A DNA stretch of 62,216 nt, the filler included, from Collodictyon triciliatum (taxonomy: Eukaryota): the NCBI GenBank assembly GCA_043381765.1. It is 7 parts of 7 records of this genome, joined end to end, with 100 filler letters (N's around TTAATTAATTAA, not from the genome) between each part and the next. Parts side by side here need not be neighbours in the genome. Positions count along the whole stretch, not along the records: positions 1 to 9,229 come from JBHJMP010002811.1; positions 9,330 to 19,376 come from JBHJMP010002812.1; 5 more parts are not named here. One strand, written 5' to 3'. The translations under genes were made by a program, and so were the position numbers. The notes under the pieces were generated by a model. The model saw nothing but the letters and a program-made list of their open reading frames with translations. It searched no databases and was not told the origin of the DNA. Shown one piece after another: positions 1-13,366 of the stretch; the first letter of the stretch is position 1, and each line of letters opens with the position of its first letter.

Positions 1-95
<95 letters not shown>

Positions 96-96
96 C
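1..96. repeat. (AAC)n microsatellite
   Basis: Perfect AAC tandem array at the window start. Confidence 0.95.
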
Positions 97-99
97 CAG

Positions 100-407
100 G
101 CAGATTACATTCGTCAACCAGATTTAAAGTTTTGAATATAAGTCTCATTGTGGAAGTTAAATTATTTTAATTTTTTTATATCTTATGCCCCGAACCCATC
201 GTTTGTTTTCTGGTTTCTGCTCTGCGTCAAGAAGATATGCAGATGTCAATACTTGGCGACTTCAAGGCGCTCAAAGCAGAGACGCAATCTTCGGTGCACC
301 TACCGGAAGTTGTCGGCTGCGTGGCGGCCATCAATCCGTCGCTCGTATTGCAACGCGGACAGAGGTATTTTTCTAATACTCTATTTCTGAGAGAGCTCGT
401 TGATTGA
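100..407 (+). CDS. Possible 3' exons of an unidentified gene
   Basis: Candidate exons 100-155 and 243-407 (MSILGDFKALKAETQSSVHLPEVVGCVAAINPSLVLQ...) have plausible AG/GT borders. No family recognised. Confidence 0.25.
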
Positions 408-1090
408 AAAAGCGTCATCGGCTGTTTTTCCTTTCAAAGCCCTGACATCAGTTCTTCTTTCTGGGGTCTGCCCATAATCATCTATATAAGCGTAAAAGGA
501 TGAACGCAGGCTCGTTCTTTGGCTGTGTCGTGTGGTTACTCGCCTGCATCTGTCGCCCTGTCCTCCACCCTCCACATGCCGCAACGAGTGCTATCTTGTC
601 GAAGACAGCAGAGCGTTATCTTAAGATGAGCGTTATTTAATGTGCGGCTCTAGTCCAAGAATATAAAAAGGGCGCTCCTCTTGACCCGAAAGAACGCAAT
701 TCCTTTCTGCAAGTCGAAACCTGTCAAAGTATGAAATGAACCACACACCACGGGATGGAATATTCACCCAACAGCACGCCAGCCTGAATGGCCGAAGCGT
801 TTACACTTCCGTGCAAAGTTTCGCCAGCGCGAAAACCTGTCACTTGTGGTCATCCTTTAAAAGTCTCCCTTGAGGTCGTTTTTTGCAGGCCGCCTGTGAT
901 CTCTTTGATTTTTGACTTTGGCCTGATTGTGCTATGCGGCTGTATTTCATGTGCATAAGTGTGTTGTTTTATCTGTGCACGGCCATTCTTCCATGAGCGA
1001 GCCTCACGTGCCTTGAGTAGGTTTTGCTCTAAATATTAATGCACTTTGTAACTATCATGATCACGAGCAGAAGCAAACCACATTCAAAAT

Positions 1091-2385
1091 ATGGAGCCCA
1101 ATCGTGAGTTTTCGTTTTGCATCGATCGCGGAGGAACGTTTACCGACATATATGCACAGGTTTTTCTTTTCTTTTCTTTTATTTTCTTTTCTTTTCTTTT
1201 CTTTTCTTTTCTTTTCTTTCCTTTTCTTTTCTTTTCTTTTCTTTTCTTTTCTTTTCTTTTCTTTTCTTTTCTTTTTTTTTTCTCGTATCTTTTCTTTTCT
1301 TTCCTTTTCCGTTCAAGCCTCTGTGATGCGTTAGCAATTTTCTCCCGCTATTTGCGCACATATCTTTTACGTTCATTTGGTAGTAAGTAACCGCCCTCGT
1401 GTTTAAACTTACATATTTAGCTATTATTGAATATGACTCTTATCATCTATTTCTTATTATTGTTTGATAACAGATTCCTGGCGAAGTCGGCTTTCGTGTG
1501 ATGAAGCTTCTCTCTGTCGACCCCGCCAACTACGATGATGCCCCTAGGGAAGGAATTCGCCGAATCCTCTCTGAGGTTTTCATTGTTATTGTTATTGTTA
1601 TTGCCATTACTTTTGTTGCTATTGCCCACACCTTCTCTTCTCATACACTGTAAGAGACCATCCACATGTGTTCATGGACCTTATCCTAACCATTCAAACA
1701 GGTGCTCGGTCGAGAAATATCAAAGACATCAGTGGAGACCCAAAACATCAATTGGATCCGAATGGGTACGACCGTAGCAACTAATGCCCTCTTGGAGAGA
1801 AAAGGAGAGCGTTCTGCTTTGTTGGTGACCAAAGGATTTGCTGACCTTCTTCGCATCGGAAACCAAGGTTTTATTTTTATTGCCTTCCGTGATATGTTTG
1901 TGTTTGCTTTTGCACATTGCAGGTTCATTAGCAGACTAGATTCAAGTTTTGTTGGACTCCATATGGTTTTTTTTCTCCCTTGAAAAAGAATGCTATAAAA
2001 TACCACTTTCTGTGTATACTTAGCTCGCCCAAAGATTTTTGATCTCGAGATTGCTCGCCCTGATGTTGTCTTTGAACAAGTCGTTGAGGTTGATGAGCGC
2101 GTCATTCTCGAGAAAAAGGATGTCCCTACCGCTGAGGGTTTTTTTTTCCTCATATTTTCTGTGTCTAATCAATAATTACCACCAGTCTCGTCTCTGTATA
2201 TATTTTTCGCATCCTGGAGAGTTTTTTTTTTTTTCCACAGGAGAATCCTGAAAACGTCAGAGAATTTACAATCAGTCGCGTTTTGCTTATATAGGAGAAA
2301 CTGTTATCCAAGGAGTTACTGGTGAAAACGTTATTGTCCGAAAAGTTCCTGACCTTGAAGTACTTCGTTCAGAACTCTTGGTAAA

Positions 2386-2445
<60 letters not shown>

Positions 2446-5400
2446 ATGGTTGAGTTAGCCTTTGATTATTTTTACTATTCTCGAGCATTCATGCACTAGT
2501 AAATTTATTTACTGATGTAATTTTCTTCTCACCAAACACGTACTAGAATGTCTATGAAAGCGGTGTTAGAAGTGTTGCCATCGTTTTCATGCATTCGTAT
2601 ACATATCCAGCTCATGAACAACTTGTGGGGAATCTCGCCAGTTTGTGAACATTCATCCCAGACAGAACCACTTGAAAAGAATGAAAACCAAATTACCCAT
2701 ATGATTGCACCATTATTATTACTTAAAGCAGACGTGCTTTTTTTAAAAAAAATGTCAATACTACAGAGGAGATCGGGTTCACAAACGTCTCGCTCTCTTC
2801 TTCGATTATGCCCATGATCCGTATCGTCCCTCGGTAATTGTTTTGCATATCCTTTTAATAGAGGCTTCATTTCGGAAAAAAGGAGCGGCAGATGAACAGA
2901 AAAAGAAAAGAAAAAAAAAAGAGGAAGGTTGATTACTCACTCTAATCCACTTACAACTCATCTAAAATACAATCAGTGGCTACACCACCTGCGTAGACGC
3001 CTACCTCACACCAAAGATTCGAGATTATGTCACGAGCTTTTCTGCCGGTTTTCAGAATTCTCTCGAAGGAGTTAATGTCTCATTTATGCAGGTTTACAAT
3101 AATGATAACAAATTATTATGTTCTTGTCTTAGATTTCATTATATGTCAAATTAGTTATGATTTCGATAATCACACTATGAAATTGTATGATGTCAGAGTG
3201 ACGGTGGGTTGACATCTATGAATTCTTTTTTGGGCTCTCGAGCTATTATGTCTGGCCCTGCAGGTAGCTCATCATTTTCTGATTATTTAATTCTAAATAT
3301 AATTGTAGATATTTCTCAAAAAAAAAAAAAAAGAAGCATGTGGCTTCGTGATCTGCATAAATTATTTTTAATATCTTAGTAAATTTACTNNNNNNNNNNN
3401 NNNNNNNNNNNNNNNNNNNNNNNNNNNNNNNNNNNNNNNNNNNNNNNNNNNNNNNNNNNNNNNNNNNNNNNNNNNNNNNNNNNNNNNNNNNNNNNNNNNN
3501 NNNNNNNNNNNNNNNNNNNNNNNNNNNNNNNNNNNNNNNNNNNNNNNNNNNNNNNNNNNNNNNNNNNNNNNNNNNNNNNNNNNNNNNNNNNNNNNNNNNN
3601 NNNNNNNNNNNNNNNNNNNNNNNNNNNNNNNNNNNNNNNNNNNNNNNNNNNNNNNNNNNNNNNNNNNNNNNNNNNNNNNNNNNNNNNNNNNNNNNNNNNN
3701 NNNNNNNNNNNNNNNNNNNNNNNNNNNNNNNNNNNNNNNNNNNNNNNNNNNNNNNNNNNNNNNNNNNNNNNNNNNNNNNNNNNNNNNNNNNNNNNNNNNN
3801 NNNNNNNNNNNNNNNNNNNNNNNNNNNNNNNNNNNNNNNNNNNNNNNNNNNNNNNNNNNNNNNNNNNNNNNNNNNNNNNNNNNNNNNNNNNNNNNNNNNN
3901 NNNNNNNNNNNNNNNNNNNNNNNNNNNNNNNNNNNNNNNNNNNNNNNNNNNNNNNNNNNNNNNNNNNNNNNNNNNNNNNNNNNAAAAATTAAGTCATTGA
4001 ATTTTTATTTCTGTTTGTAGAAAAAGAGGCTCTGGATTTGGATGGAGCTCTGAAGAGCTTCCAGGAGCTCACAGACTCTATCAATCGCTACTTCAAAGAG
4101 GTATTTATACATGGGATTTGGCCCTCGGCACCCTTTGTTACAACAGACACATAATCATACATACAAGCAGCATGCATTGAGTAGTACGATTACCCTTGTC
4201 AAATACTCTTCAAGATGAAAATAACTTGAACATATATAGTCTGGACAAACCAAACCACCTATGACTGTCGAGGAGGCTGCTTTTGGTTTTCTGAGTGTAG
4301 CAAACGAAGCGATGTGTCGACCTATCCGCTCTTTGACTGAAGCTCGTGGTTTTGATCCCGTTCGTTTCCCTTTCACTTTAAGTTTCTTTGTCTGTGTCAT
4401 AGTCCTATAAATGCGAAACCTATCTTGTTGATTGATGATATTCTTTATAGAGAGACCACGAACTATCATGTTTTGGAGGAGCCGGTATTTTCTTTTTATT
4501 CATACTCTGCTTATATGCAGAAACTGAAATGTTGCAGCGAATACCACATCATTTCATTATGATTATTTGATATAAATAAGGTCCCCAGCACGCATGCGCC
4601 ATTGCTCGGGCATTAGGTATGAAGACTGTATTCATTCATCGATTCTCTGGCATTCTTAGTGCCTATGGACTGGGTCTTGCTGACCTTGTTTGCGACGAGC
4701 AGGTTCACACTATTTTGCTTCATTTTCTTCTATTATGTGTTCGGAGTTCATTTCTTATATCTTACCTCACATAAATAATCCGATCCTTGCATCCGTATAA
4801 TATATGCTCACATTTTGATTTTGCCTGTTTAAGAACCATGAACATTTTGCTCTCATCAGATTTTTTTATTAGCATAAATTAAATCATATGTAAATAAATT
4901 ATATATTTCTTTTATAAAAAAAAAAAAAAACACTCAGGAACCTTGTGCCGCTGTTTATTCTGATGAGATTCTTCCATCTCTAAATACACGATTGGATGAG
5001 CTAGAAAAGAATGTTAAGAAGGAACTCTTATCTCAAGGCTTTGATGAAGCATCTGTCGTTATCGAGGTTTGGGACATATCTATTATTTAATCGTCGATGA
5101 TGCTTCGCATACTCATTGTATAATTTGGGGAAGAGGACTCTTGGGTAAATACCTTATAATGACGTTGTCACCCAACTTCTAGAAATATTTGCACCTTCGC
5201 TATGAAGGAACAGACACATCGATTATGATTATGAAACCTGCCGACTCTAACTATGCGTCGGCCTTCATGGCCCAGTACCAGCGCGAATACGGATTTATTT
5301 TGCCTGTAGGTTATCGATAATTATAAAATATCTAGTGTTGCATGTTTCCTGAAGTATTTTGGTAATATATTATTTTAAATTTTTCTAATTACAATAATAT

Positions 5401-6267
5401 TAAATTGTGCTCTTGAATTAGCTTGGATATATGCATAGAAGCTAAATACTGATTACGGTCATATTCTGGCGATTTATATATAGGGGCGAGCCATCGCTGT
5501 TGATGATGTTCGAGTTCGGGGAGTTGCAAAGAAGCAAAAGTGAGGAGCTATGCAACATTAGTATTCATACACATGTCCATACAAATTATGTTAAATATTG
5601 GTGTTAAAACTCAAGCTTTTTGATTCTCTGCTCTAGGATTCAATGCCCTCAGTTTACTCCAAAGTCATCTGAACCATCCGCTGTTGAAGTTACAAAGTGT
5701 TACTTTGAGGTAATAGTGCAATTTCAATCAAATTTAAATAAACGCTCTCTTTTTTCAAACAAAGGTAAATCATTCTATTTTCATCATATTCCGATTAAAA
5801 TATCACTCATAGGAGGGAAAGCTCGATACCCCGATATACCTTCTTCAAACACTTGGTCTTGGTTCCAAGGTTTCCCCAATCATACAGAAGCATGCGTTTT
5901 CATTCTCTTCGAACGACCAAATCATGTGTATCATATTCCTGTCATTTTTCGATTCCGTATACAGGTTGCTGGTCCGGCATTGATTATCGAGGATACTTTC
6001 ACCCTGGTCGTTGAACCGAGATGCTTTGCTACAATCGTCGAAGAGGGCATTGAAATTCAAGTGGAAGAAAAGGTGTCAACCAGAATGAGGTGTGATTTCC
6101 TTTTATAATAAGCATATTGTAGTTCCATCCTCCATTACGTAATCTATTTTATAAAGGTTTTATTTACTTTATTATTATTATTATTATTATTATTATCATT
6201 ATTATTATCATTATTATTATCATTATTATTATCATTATTATTATTATCATTATTATTATCATTATTA

Positions 6268-6364
<97 letters not shown>

Positions 6365-7250
6365 GCCCTCTAGTACCGATCTTGATACCATGCAACTCTC
6401 CATATTCGGACATCGGTTTATGGGTATTGCTGAGCAAATGGGGAGAACCCTGCAGCGTACTTCAATTTCAACAAACATCAAGGAACGTCTTGATTTCTCT
6501 TGTGCGCTGTTTGGGGTGGGGACATACACCTAGGACGATTAATTTTTATTAATTTATTTTAAAAAAAATAACAGCAACCCCCCCCCCCGGCTTTAAGTGT
6601 GCTTTATATAATACAAGAAACTGTAAATTAATAAGACCTTTACTTAATGACCTTTTCTGCTTATAATCGCCAATTTTTTGAACACATAACTGAACCAAAC
6701 CGATTAAATAATAATAATAATAATAATAATAATGAAAAGCCTGATGGAGGTCTTGTTGCGAACGCTCCGCACCTTCCTGTTCATTTGGGCTCCATGTCTG
6801 AAACTGTGAAGTGGCAGATTAATCACTTAGGCAAGTATTAAAATATATATCTCGCTTTTACCCTTTCTTTTTTTTTTTTATGTATTTCTGCCTCAATTCA
6901 GTATATTGTAATACTGGAATCACATCTTTTGTAAACTACTTTATTCTTTGTTCTAAGAATACTTTCTTTTTTATGTCGCGATACTATTAAGGTGAAAGCT
7001 GGAAGGAAGGAGAGGTCGTCGTTACCAATCACCCTCAGGCTGGGGGCAGTCATCTTCCGGATATCACTGTAATTTCACCCGTAAGTTTGCGACTAAAAGA
7101 AAATTCGAAAAGGTTATCCGTGTCATAGTCATTGGTATCTACATTTATTCGCCTTGGAATTTAAGGTTTTTGCTGAGGGAAAGCCGGTATTTTTCGTTGC
7201 GTCACGAGGCCATCACGCGGATATTGGAGGAATTACACCAGGTGTGCAGG

Positions 7251-7340
<90 letters not shown>

Positions 7341-9043
7341 TGTTTTATTGCCTCTAGATTCTGTGTTATGTTTTGTTTTCCTTGTCGTGTCCAAAGGGAA
7401 CACAGAAACATCTTAGTGTACAGAATAAAATTTTCAATAAATGTGTAGGATCTATGCCTCCATTTTCGCACGCCTTAATTGAGGAAGGAGCTTGCATTAA
7501 GAGCTTTAAGTTGGTCGAGGATAATGTTTTCCAAGAAAAAGGTATTATACGATGTCTCAATTTCATTTTGTAAGCGCCAATTAATTACATTTGCCACCGT
7601 TGCATGCATATCAAAGATGAATACTGTCTTGCTGGTATGTATTTTACCACACGATGAGTGTAAATTAATGGTCATCTTGACTCAAATCTATTATGTACTA
7701 CAAATCTCTTCGTATATAGGAATAACCGAGCTTCTTATGGCTCCTGGAAACATTCAATTACCAGGGCGCTCAAACAGTGGAACAAGAAATTTGAGGGATA
7801 ATCTTTCCGACCTGAAAGCCCAGGTACATTTTATAGTTACTAAATGGTTGTTGCGAACAATTTTTAAGTAATACGACAAGACTCTACTTCTTGCATCATC
7901 ATCATCATCATTTATATATTAATACTATTATATAAATGATGACATCATATGATATGTTGGATGTAATTTGTAGTATTTGCTAACTATTTCGATAATTGAC
8001 TATTATTATTTTGTTTTTGTTTTTGTTTAATGAACAAAAGGTTGCATCCAATAAGAAGGGAATTACTCTTGTCGGGGATTTGATTAAAGAGTATGGACTT
8101 GATGTTGTCCAAGCCTACATGATGCACGGTCAGAATATGCTATTATTATTTAAGATTCATTAAATAATTGTAAATATGCACGTATTAATCACCGTGGATT
8201 TATCCTTTGCTTTCAGTGCAAAACAGTGCTGAAGCTGCTGTGCGAAATATGCTGAAGGCTATATCCCTCAAGCACGGGTTGGATGAGATTGGCACTTTGG
8301 AAGCAGATGTAGGATTTTATATTTCTTTCTTTTCTTGTATTTCATATTGTGGTTTTTTTTAAAAAAAAACAACAACAACAACAAATATTTGAGCTACTAG
8401 CCAACACACCTAAGTAAATTCCGCTGGTGTTTAGGATTTCATGGATGACGGCACTCCGATCAAGTTAAAAATCTTCATCGATCGCTCGGATGGAACTGCC
8501 CATTTCGACTTCACAGGGACTGGACCTGAAGTATATGGTACAGTTTTAATTCTGGTCGCGACCATCATCTCATAAAACATTATGATGGAAACAGGGGGAG
8601 AAACAACATTTTCTGGCATAATTAATTCATACTTGGCATACCCAAACAAATTAAACAAACAGGTAACTGCAACTCACCTCCAGCTGTTACCACATCTGCT
8701 ATTCTGTATTCCTTGAGATGTTTGGTCAAGGAAGAAATTCCTCTGAACCACGGCTGCCTTATTCCCATTAAGGTCTTTATGTAACTCGATTATATGTAAA
8801 TTCCTCTTTACAGTAAATGCATGATTTTTTTGCACACATTCGGACCCTATCTCACGCGTGCTGTCGTGCATGAACGTCTAGATTACCTTGCCCAGCGGAA
8901 GCATTTTGAATCCCTCTGAGACTGCTGCTGTTGTTGGTGGAAATGTTTTGACTTCTCAAAGAGTTACCGATGTCATTTTGACTGCTTTTGGAGTTTGTGC
9001 TTGCTCTCAAGGCTGCATGAATAACTTTACTTTTGGAGATGAG
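1091..9043 (+). CDS. OPLAH: ATP-hydrolysing 5-oxoprolinase (hydantoinase A+B fusion); about 30 visible exons, 3' truncated, some exons lost in N gap 3390-3983
   Basis: Spliced exons give [122 protein letters not shown] and [14 protein letters not shown]...[11 protein letters not shown]. Confidence 0.95.
6170..6364. repeat. Compound (TTA/TCA)n-(TTG)n microsatellite inside an OPLAH intron
   Basis: Seen directly; it ends about 9 nt before the 3' splice site. Confidence 0.95.
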
Positions 9044-9125
9044 GTAAACTCCTTTGTGAATTCCTGAATATCCATTTGCTACAGGACATTAAAAATATGT
9101 CGCTCTTTCATCTATCCTTCCTCAC

Positions 9126-9169
<44 letters not shown>

Positions 9170-9229
9170 TTTTTTTTTTTTTTTTTTTTTTTAATTTTTT
9201 TTTTTTTCCTAGAAGGGGGGTATTTTTGG

Positions 9230-9329
9230 NNNNNNNNNNNNNNNNNNNNNNNNNNNNNNNNNNNNNNNNNNNNTTAATTAATTAANNNNNNNNNNNNNNN
9301 NNNNNNNNNNNNNNNNNNNNNNNNNNNNN
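9230..9329. other. Artificial contig-joining linker (N-TTAATTAATTAA-N); also at about 19377-19476, 29510-29609, 39639-39738, 49769-49868 and 59898-59997
   Basis: The same six-frame stop 12-mer sits in 100-nt N spacers recurring about every 10.1 kb. Confidence 0.95.
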
Positions 9330-9499
9330 CACATAAACACATACACACATACACACATACACACATACACACATACACACATACACACATACACACATAC
9401 ACACATACACACATACACACATACACACATAAACACATAAATAACCAGCGATCTGAATAAAAGAGAACCCTGCTCACGCAGATTCAAAGCTGACATTAG

Positions 9500-11279
9500 C
9501 GTATTCGAAGCGACCTTGAAGTATGGAAGCCGCCCAAGCTGCGACCGATAGATCACACCGCTTTGAGGACTCTATGGACCTGGTATTTATGGAGCCTTAC
9601 CAGCCTCTATACTCACCACGCCGATCGTTTACTATCATATGCACGCTCAATGTTTTTATTTATCATATACCCTCTTGACAAAAATCTTATCAAAAAGATC
9701 GGTGAACTTTTTCAGGTCTTCGATGATAATATCCGCGAATCACTTACAAGTATTCTGAGCCAAATTGATACAGCGATGCACATGCAACTGGAAGAGGTCG
9801 GGTAGTTCGTTATTTGTCAAAGTACCACATCACATCGATATATGAAATGAAAATATTCCATCTATTGGGGTGCCTAGTCATTCATCTAACATATTTTCAA
9901 AAAAAGTAAAACAACCCTTTGAACTAATACAACAAAGCTCTCACCATATACAGTTTTGTAAAGAATGATGGCATAAAATATATTACCATCTATTGAATGA
10001 AGATGTTTCATACACGTTAATACCTAGTTAAAATCAAAAATACAATATAAGAGGGCATAATGGAAGTAAAGTTTCTTTTATTTTTTGTAACTTATTTTCA
10101 AAAAAAACAAAAACAAAACAAAACAACTGATAAACTCCATTTAAAAATTCAGCTCCTTTCATGCAAGATTGCTCAACAAAAACCTATCAGCATATCAGAA
10201 ATGGAAATCATTCGCAGACGTGATATATACAAACATACGTTTCAATCTTGGAATCAAGCGAAGAGGAAAAATGTACAAATACCGCATATTCAAAATGCCT
10301 TGTTTCTCGTCAAATTTCAACCGATGTTGACGAAAAGCTTCCTCCTGGGAAGTCGTGTTGAGGTATCAATTTCCTACCAGCCTATAAAATACATACAACT
10401 ACCGCTTGATGAAAAGGATATACTGTATCATGTCAGAAATGGGCTGTTTCCTATCGTAAGAGATCCGACGACCATAGTGGAGCCTCTTCTTAAATTGGAT
10501 AGGGTTCCCAATCCCGAGGAAAGTTCATCTGCGTGCTCATCTTTGTGAGGGTTTGCCATTCATCCAATGACAGGCAATGTGTTTATTTCAGTAGAGCATT
10601 CTCATTGCATTTTGGAATTGAATACAAAGCTTGAAGTGATTCGCTGTCATAGAAATTTTGGAGATGAATGTGGTAAGTTGAACCAACCCCGTGGGATTTC
10701 ATTTTCGCCTGACGGGAAAAGATTCGTTGTCGTCGACAATTCTAACAATAGGATCTTATTGTTTGACCAAGACATTAACTTCCTAAAGATATGCAGCTTA
10801 AACGAAGCAAAAAAACTATCGTACCCCCAAAATGTAGCCTTTGACAAGCAGGGTGATTTCTACATCGCCGGAGGAGCCTCAAATGCAGTTTTCAAATTCG
10901 ACTATGATGGGAATCATGTGTGGACGTTTAATGACCGGAATGTGAATCCTCATTTGGATTGGACGTGGGGCATTGCTGTGAGTGATGATAATGAAATATA
11001 CGCCTCGTGCTCTGGAAACATTCTCCATGTCATATCGGCAGAAGGTGTGTTTCTTCGCCATGTTCGCGTTTCTTTTTCTTTAAGCAACTTTGATAACATC
11101 ATTCGAGGCCCGAATGGCTCACTCGTTGTTTCTTGTCATAATGGGGACAAAGTTTACTTTATCAATCCTGATGGCTCTGTCATACACTCCATTATTTTGA
11201 AGAAACCGTCAGGGGCTGGATTTTCTTCAACCAGCAGTTTTTCGTGCTCTCTTACCCAGGAGAGATGTTTGGCTTCTAG
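9500..11279 (+). pseudogene. NHL-repeat (beta-propeller) protein gene with an in-frame TGA and a likely terminal frameshift
   Basis: NHL motifs GKLNQPRGISFSPDG.RFVVVDNSNNRI, LSYPQNVAFDKQGDFYI and WTWGIAVSDDNEIY. ORFs 10060-10548 and 10567-11391 share a frame, split by TGA at 10546-10548. The last blade continues in another frame (FFNQQFFVLSYPGEMFGF*). Start and upstream exons are uncertain. Confidence 0.65.
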
Positions 11280-11903
11280 TCCCCCCTACGCTGTCCGTGT
11301 CTTTCATCATAAAACCTTTTTTAATCACCTAGCCTTCTCAAAAATAAGGAAAGGAAAGGAACTGAAAGGAATCGGTATCGCGATGAGTTGAGATGATACA
11401 AGACTTGCCCATAAAACCCCAAACAAAAAAATGCAGCTTCTTCCCAGTTCTCATCTCACAAACTAAATATTCCAGCTATGGAAAACTAGCTTGGCCGCTA
11501 TTCATCGCTACATTCCGATTATTGCTCGCTCTAAGGCGTCTACAGAACGCTATCCAACCTTCTAGAAGCCTTCCAAAAAAGATGATAGCCTTCACACTTT
11601 CGGCAACCCACTCGCGCGATCGTTTTTTGATCCAGTTGAAAGGTTTCCTCCGCATTACACATATATAATTAAGTGCGGATGCAACAGTGAAGTCCACGAA
11701 GGGTCAGCAGAAAGCCCGCCACAACCTCATTCCACCACAAAGCAGTCACACAAACACTTGCTGAGCAATGAAAGGAACGTGGAGCCCCTTAGAAAAGACA
11801 CACAGAAGCACAACTCTTTGATCATGCAGCCATTCGGCACTAGGCACATCCCTTTCTCTTCCCCCCCCCCCCCCCCTTTAATCTTTTTTTCTTTTCCCCT
11901 TTT

Positions 11904-11943
<40 letters not shown>

Positions 11944-12079
11944 CTTTTCTTTTCTTTTTTCTTATTTTTCTCTTTTCTCTTTTCTTTTTTTCTGCCTCTC
12001 TTTCTGGATCAAACCATGCCACCCCTGGCAGAGTAGCTAACGGTCTCTCGCCCCAGACCCCGGAATCCACCCAGCCAGA

Positions 12080-13141
12080 ATGAGCGCAACGCCAAAGATG
12101 CCATACCGCCTGCTCGGCCCCACCGGGCTGAAAGTCAGCGCGCTGTCCTTCGGGGCGTGGGTGACCTTCAAGAGCCAGGTCGACGTGGAGAACGCATACG
12201 AGCTGATGAAGACGGCGTACGACTCGGGGATCAACTTCTTTGACAACGCAGAGGTCTACGCGGACGGCGACGCGGAGCGCATCATGGGACAGGCCATCAA
12301 GCGCGGCGTGGACGAGAAGGCGTGGGACCGCGAGGATCTTGTGGTGAGCACCAAGGTCTTTTTCGGCCACGACAAAAAGAACGGGCCCAACAGCAAAGGC
12401 CTGTCGCGCAAGCACGTTGTGGAGGGCGTGCAGGCTGCACTGCAGCGCCTGCAGCTGGACTACGTGGACCTTGTCTTCTGCCACCGCCCCGACCCGCTGA
12501 CTCCGATTGCCGAGACCGTCAAGGCCATGCACCATGTCATCGAGCGCGGCTGGGCCTTCTACTGGGGGACCAGCGAGTGGAGCGCCCAGCAGCTGACCGA
12601 GGCCATGCAGGTTGCAGACCGCCTCGGCCTCCACCGCCCCGTCATGGAGCAGCCGCAGTACAATCTCTTCATCCGCCACCGCGTCGAGGTCGAGTATGCG
12701 CCCGTCTACAAGAACTTTGGCCTGGGCCTCACCACATGGTCGCCCCTGGCCTCCGGCGTCCTGACCGGCAAGTATGCAGGCGGCCAGATTCCCGAGGGCT
12801 CGCGCCTGTCTCTGGCCGAGTATGCCTGGCTCAAGGAGAGCAAGACAAGCGGCGCAAACGCCTGGCAGATCGACCGCGCCGAGGCTCTTCGCCCCATTGC
12901 CCAGGAGCTCGGCTGCACCATGGGCCAGCTGGCCATCGCCTGGTGCGCCGCAAACACAAACGTCTCCACCGTCATCCTTGGCGCAACCTCCATTGCCCAG
13001 CTCAAGGAGAACCTCGCCGCCCTCGACATCATCCCCAAGCTCACCCCGGCCCTCATGGCCCGCATCGACGAGGCCGTCCAGACCAAGCCCAAGTTTGACG
13101 AAACCACCATCTACGTAAACTCCATCCGCAAACTCGACTAA
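12080..13141 (+). CDS. Aldo-keto reductase, Kv-beta/KAB1-like (AKR6-type), intronless
   Basis: 353-aa ORF with LKVSALSFGAWVTF, GINFFDNAEVYA, STKVF, GLSRKHVVEG, CHRPD, WAFYWGTSEWSA, EQPQYN and WSPLASGVLTGKY. Confidence 0.93.
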   Translation: MSATPKMPYRLLGPTGLKVSALSFGAWVTFKSQVDVENAYELMKTAYDSGINFFDNAEVYADGDAERIMGQAIKRGVDEKAWDREDLVVSTKVFFGHDKKNGPNSKGLSRKHVVEGVQAALQRLQLDYVDLVFCHRPDPLTPIAETVKAMHHVIERGWAFYWGTSEWSAQQLTEAMQVADRLGLHRPVMEQPQYNLFIRHRVEVEYAPVYKNFGLGLTTWSPLASGVLTGKYAGGQIPEGSRLSLAEYAWLKESKTSGANAWQIDRAEALRPIAQELGCTMGQLAIAWCAANTNVSTVILGATSIAQLKENLAALDIIPKLTPALMARIDEAVQTKPKFDETTIYVNSIRKLD

Positions 13142-13366
13142 CTCATGATAAACCTGCCCGTGACAATGACTCGAGTCGGGTTGCGCCGTGCATCGGTTCT
13201 GTTTTGCTTAGTCTTCGTTTCCCTATTTCGATCTCCCTTTGGTGGTATCGATGCTGTTCCTTCCTTCCTTCCGTCTCTCCCTCCTCCGCCTTATCTCTTG
13301 ATTATTTTTCTCTTTAATTCATGGGAAACAAGATTCAGTATCAAGCTCTGCAGAGACACGGCTTCC

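Noticed and set aside
11840-13118. Long overlapping and antisense ORFs over the AKR gene (likewise over the His-repeat gene at 51637-52493)
   Set aside because: Expected shadows of GC-rich or repetitive coding sequence; no recognisable protein features.
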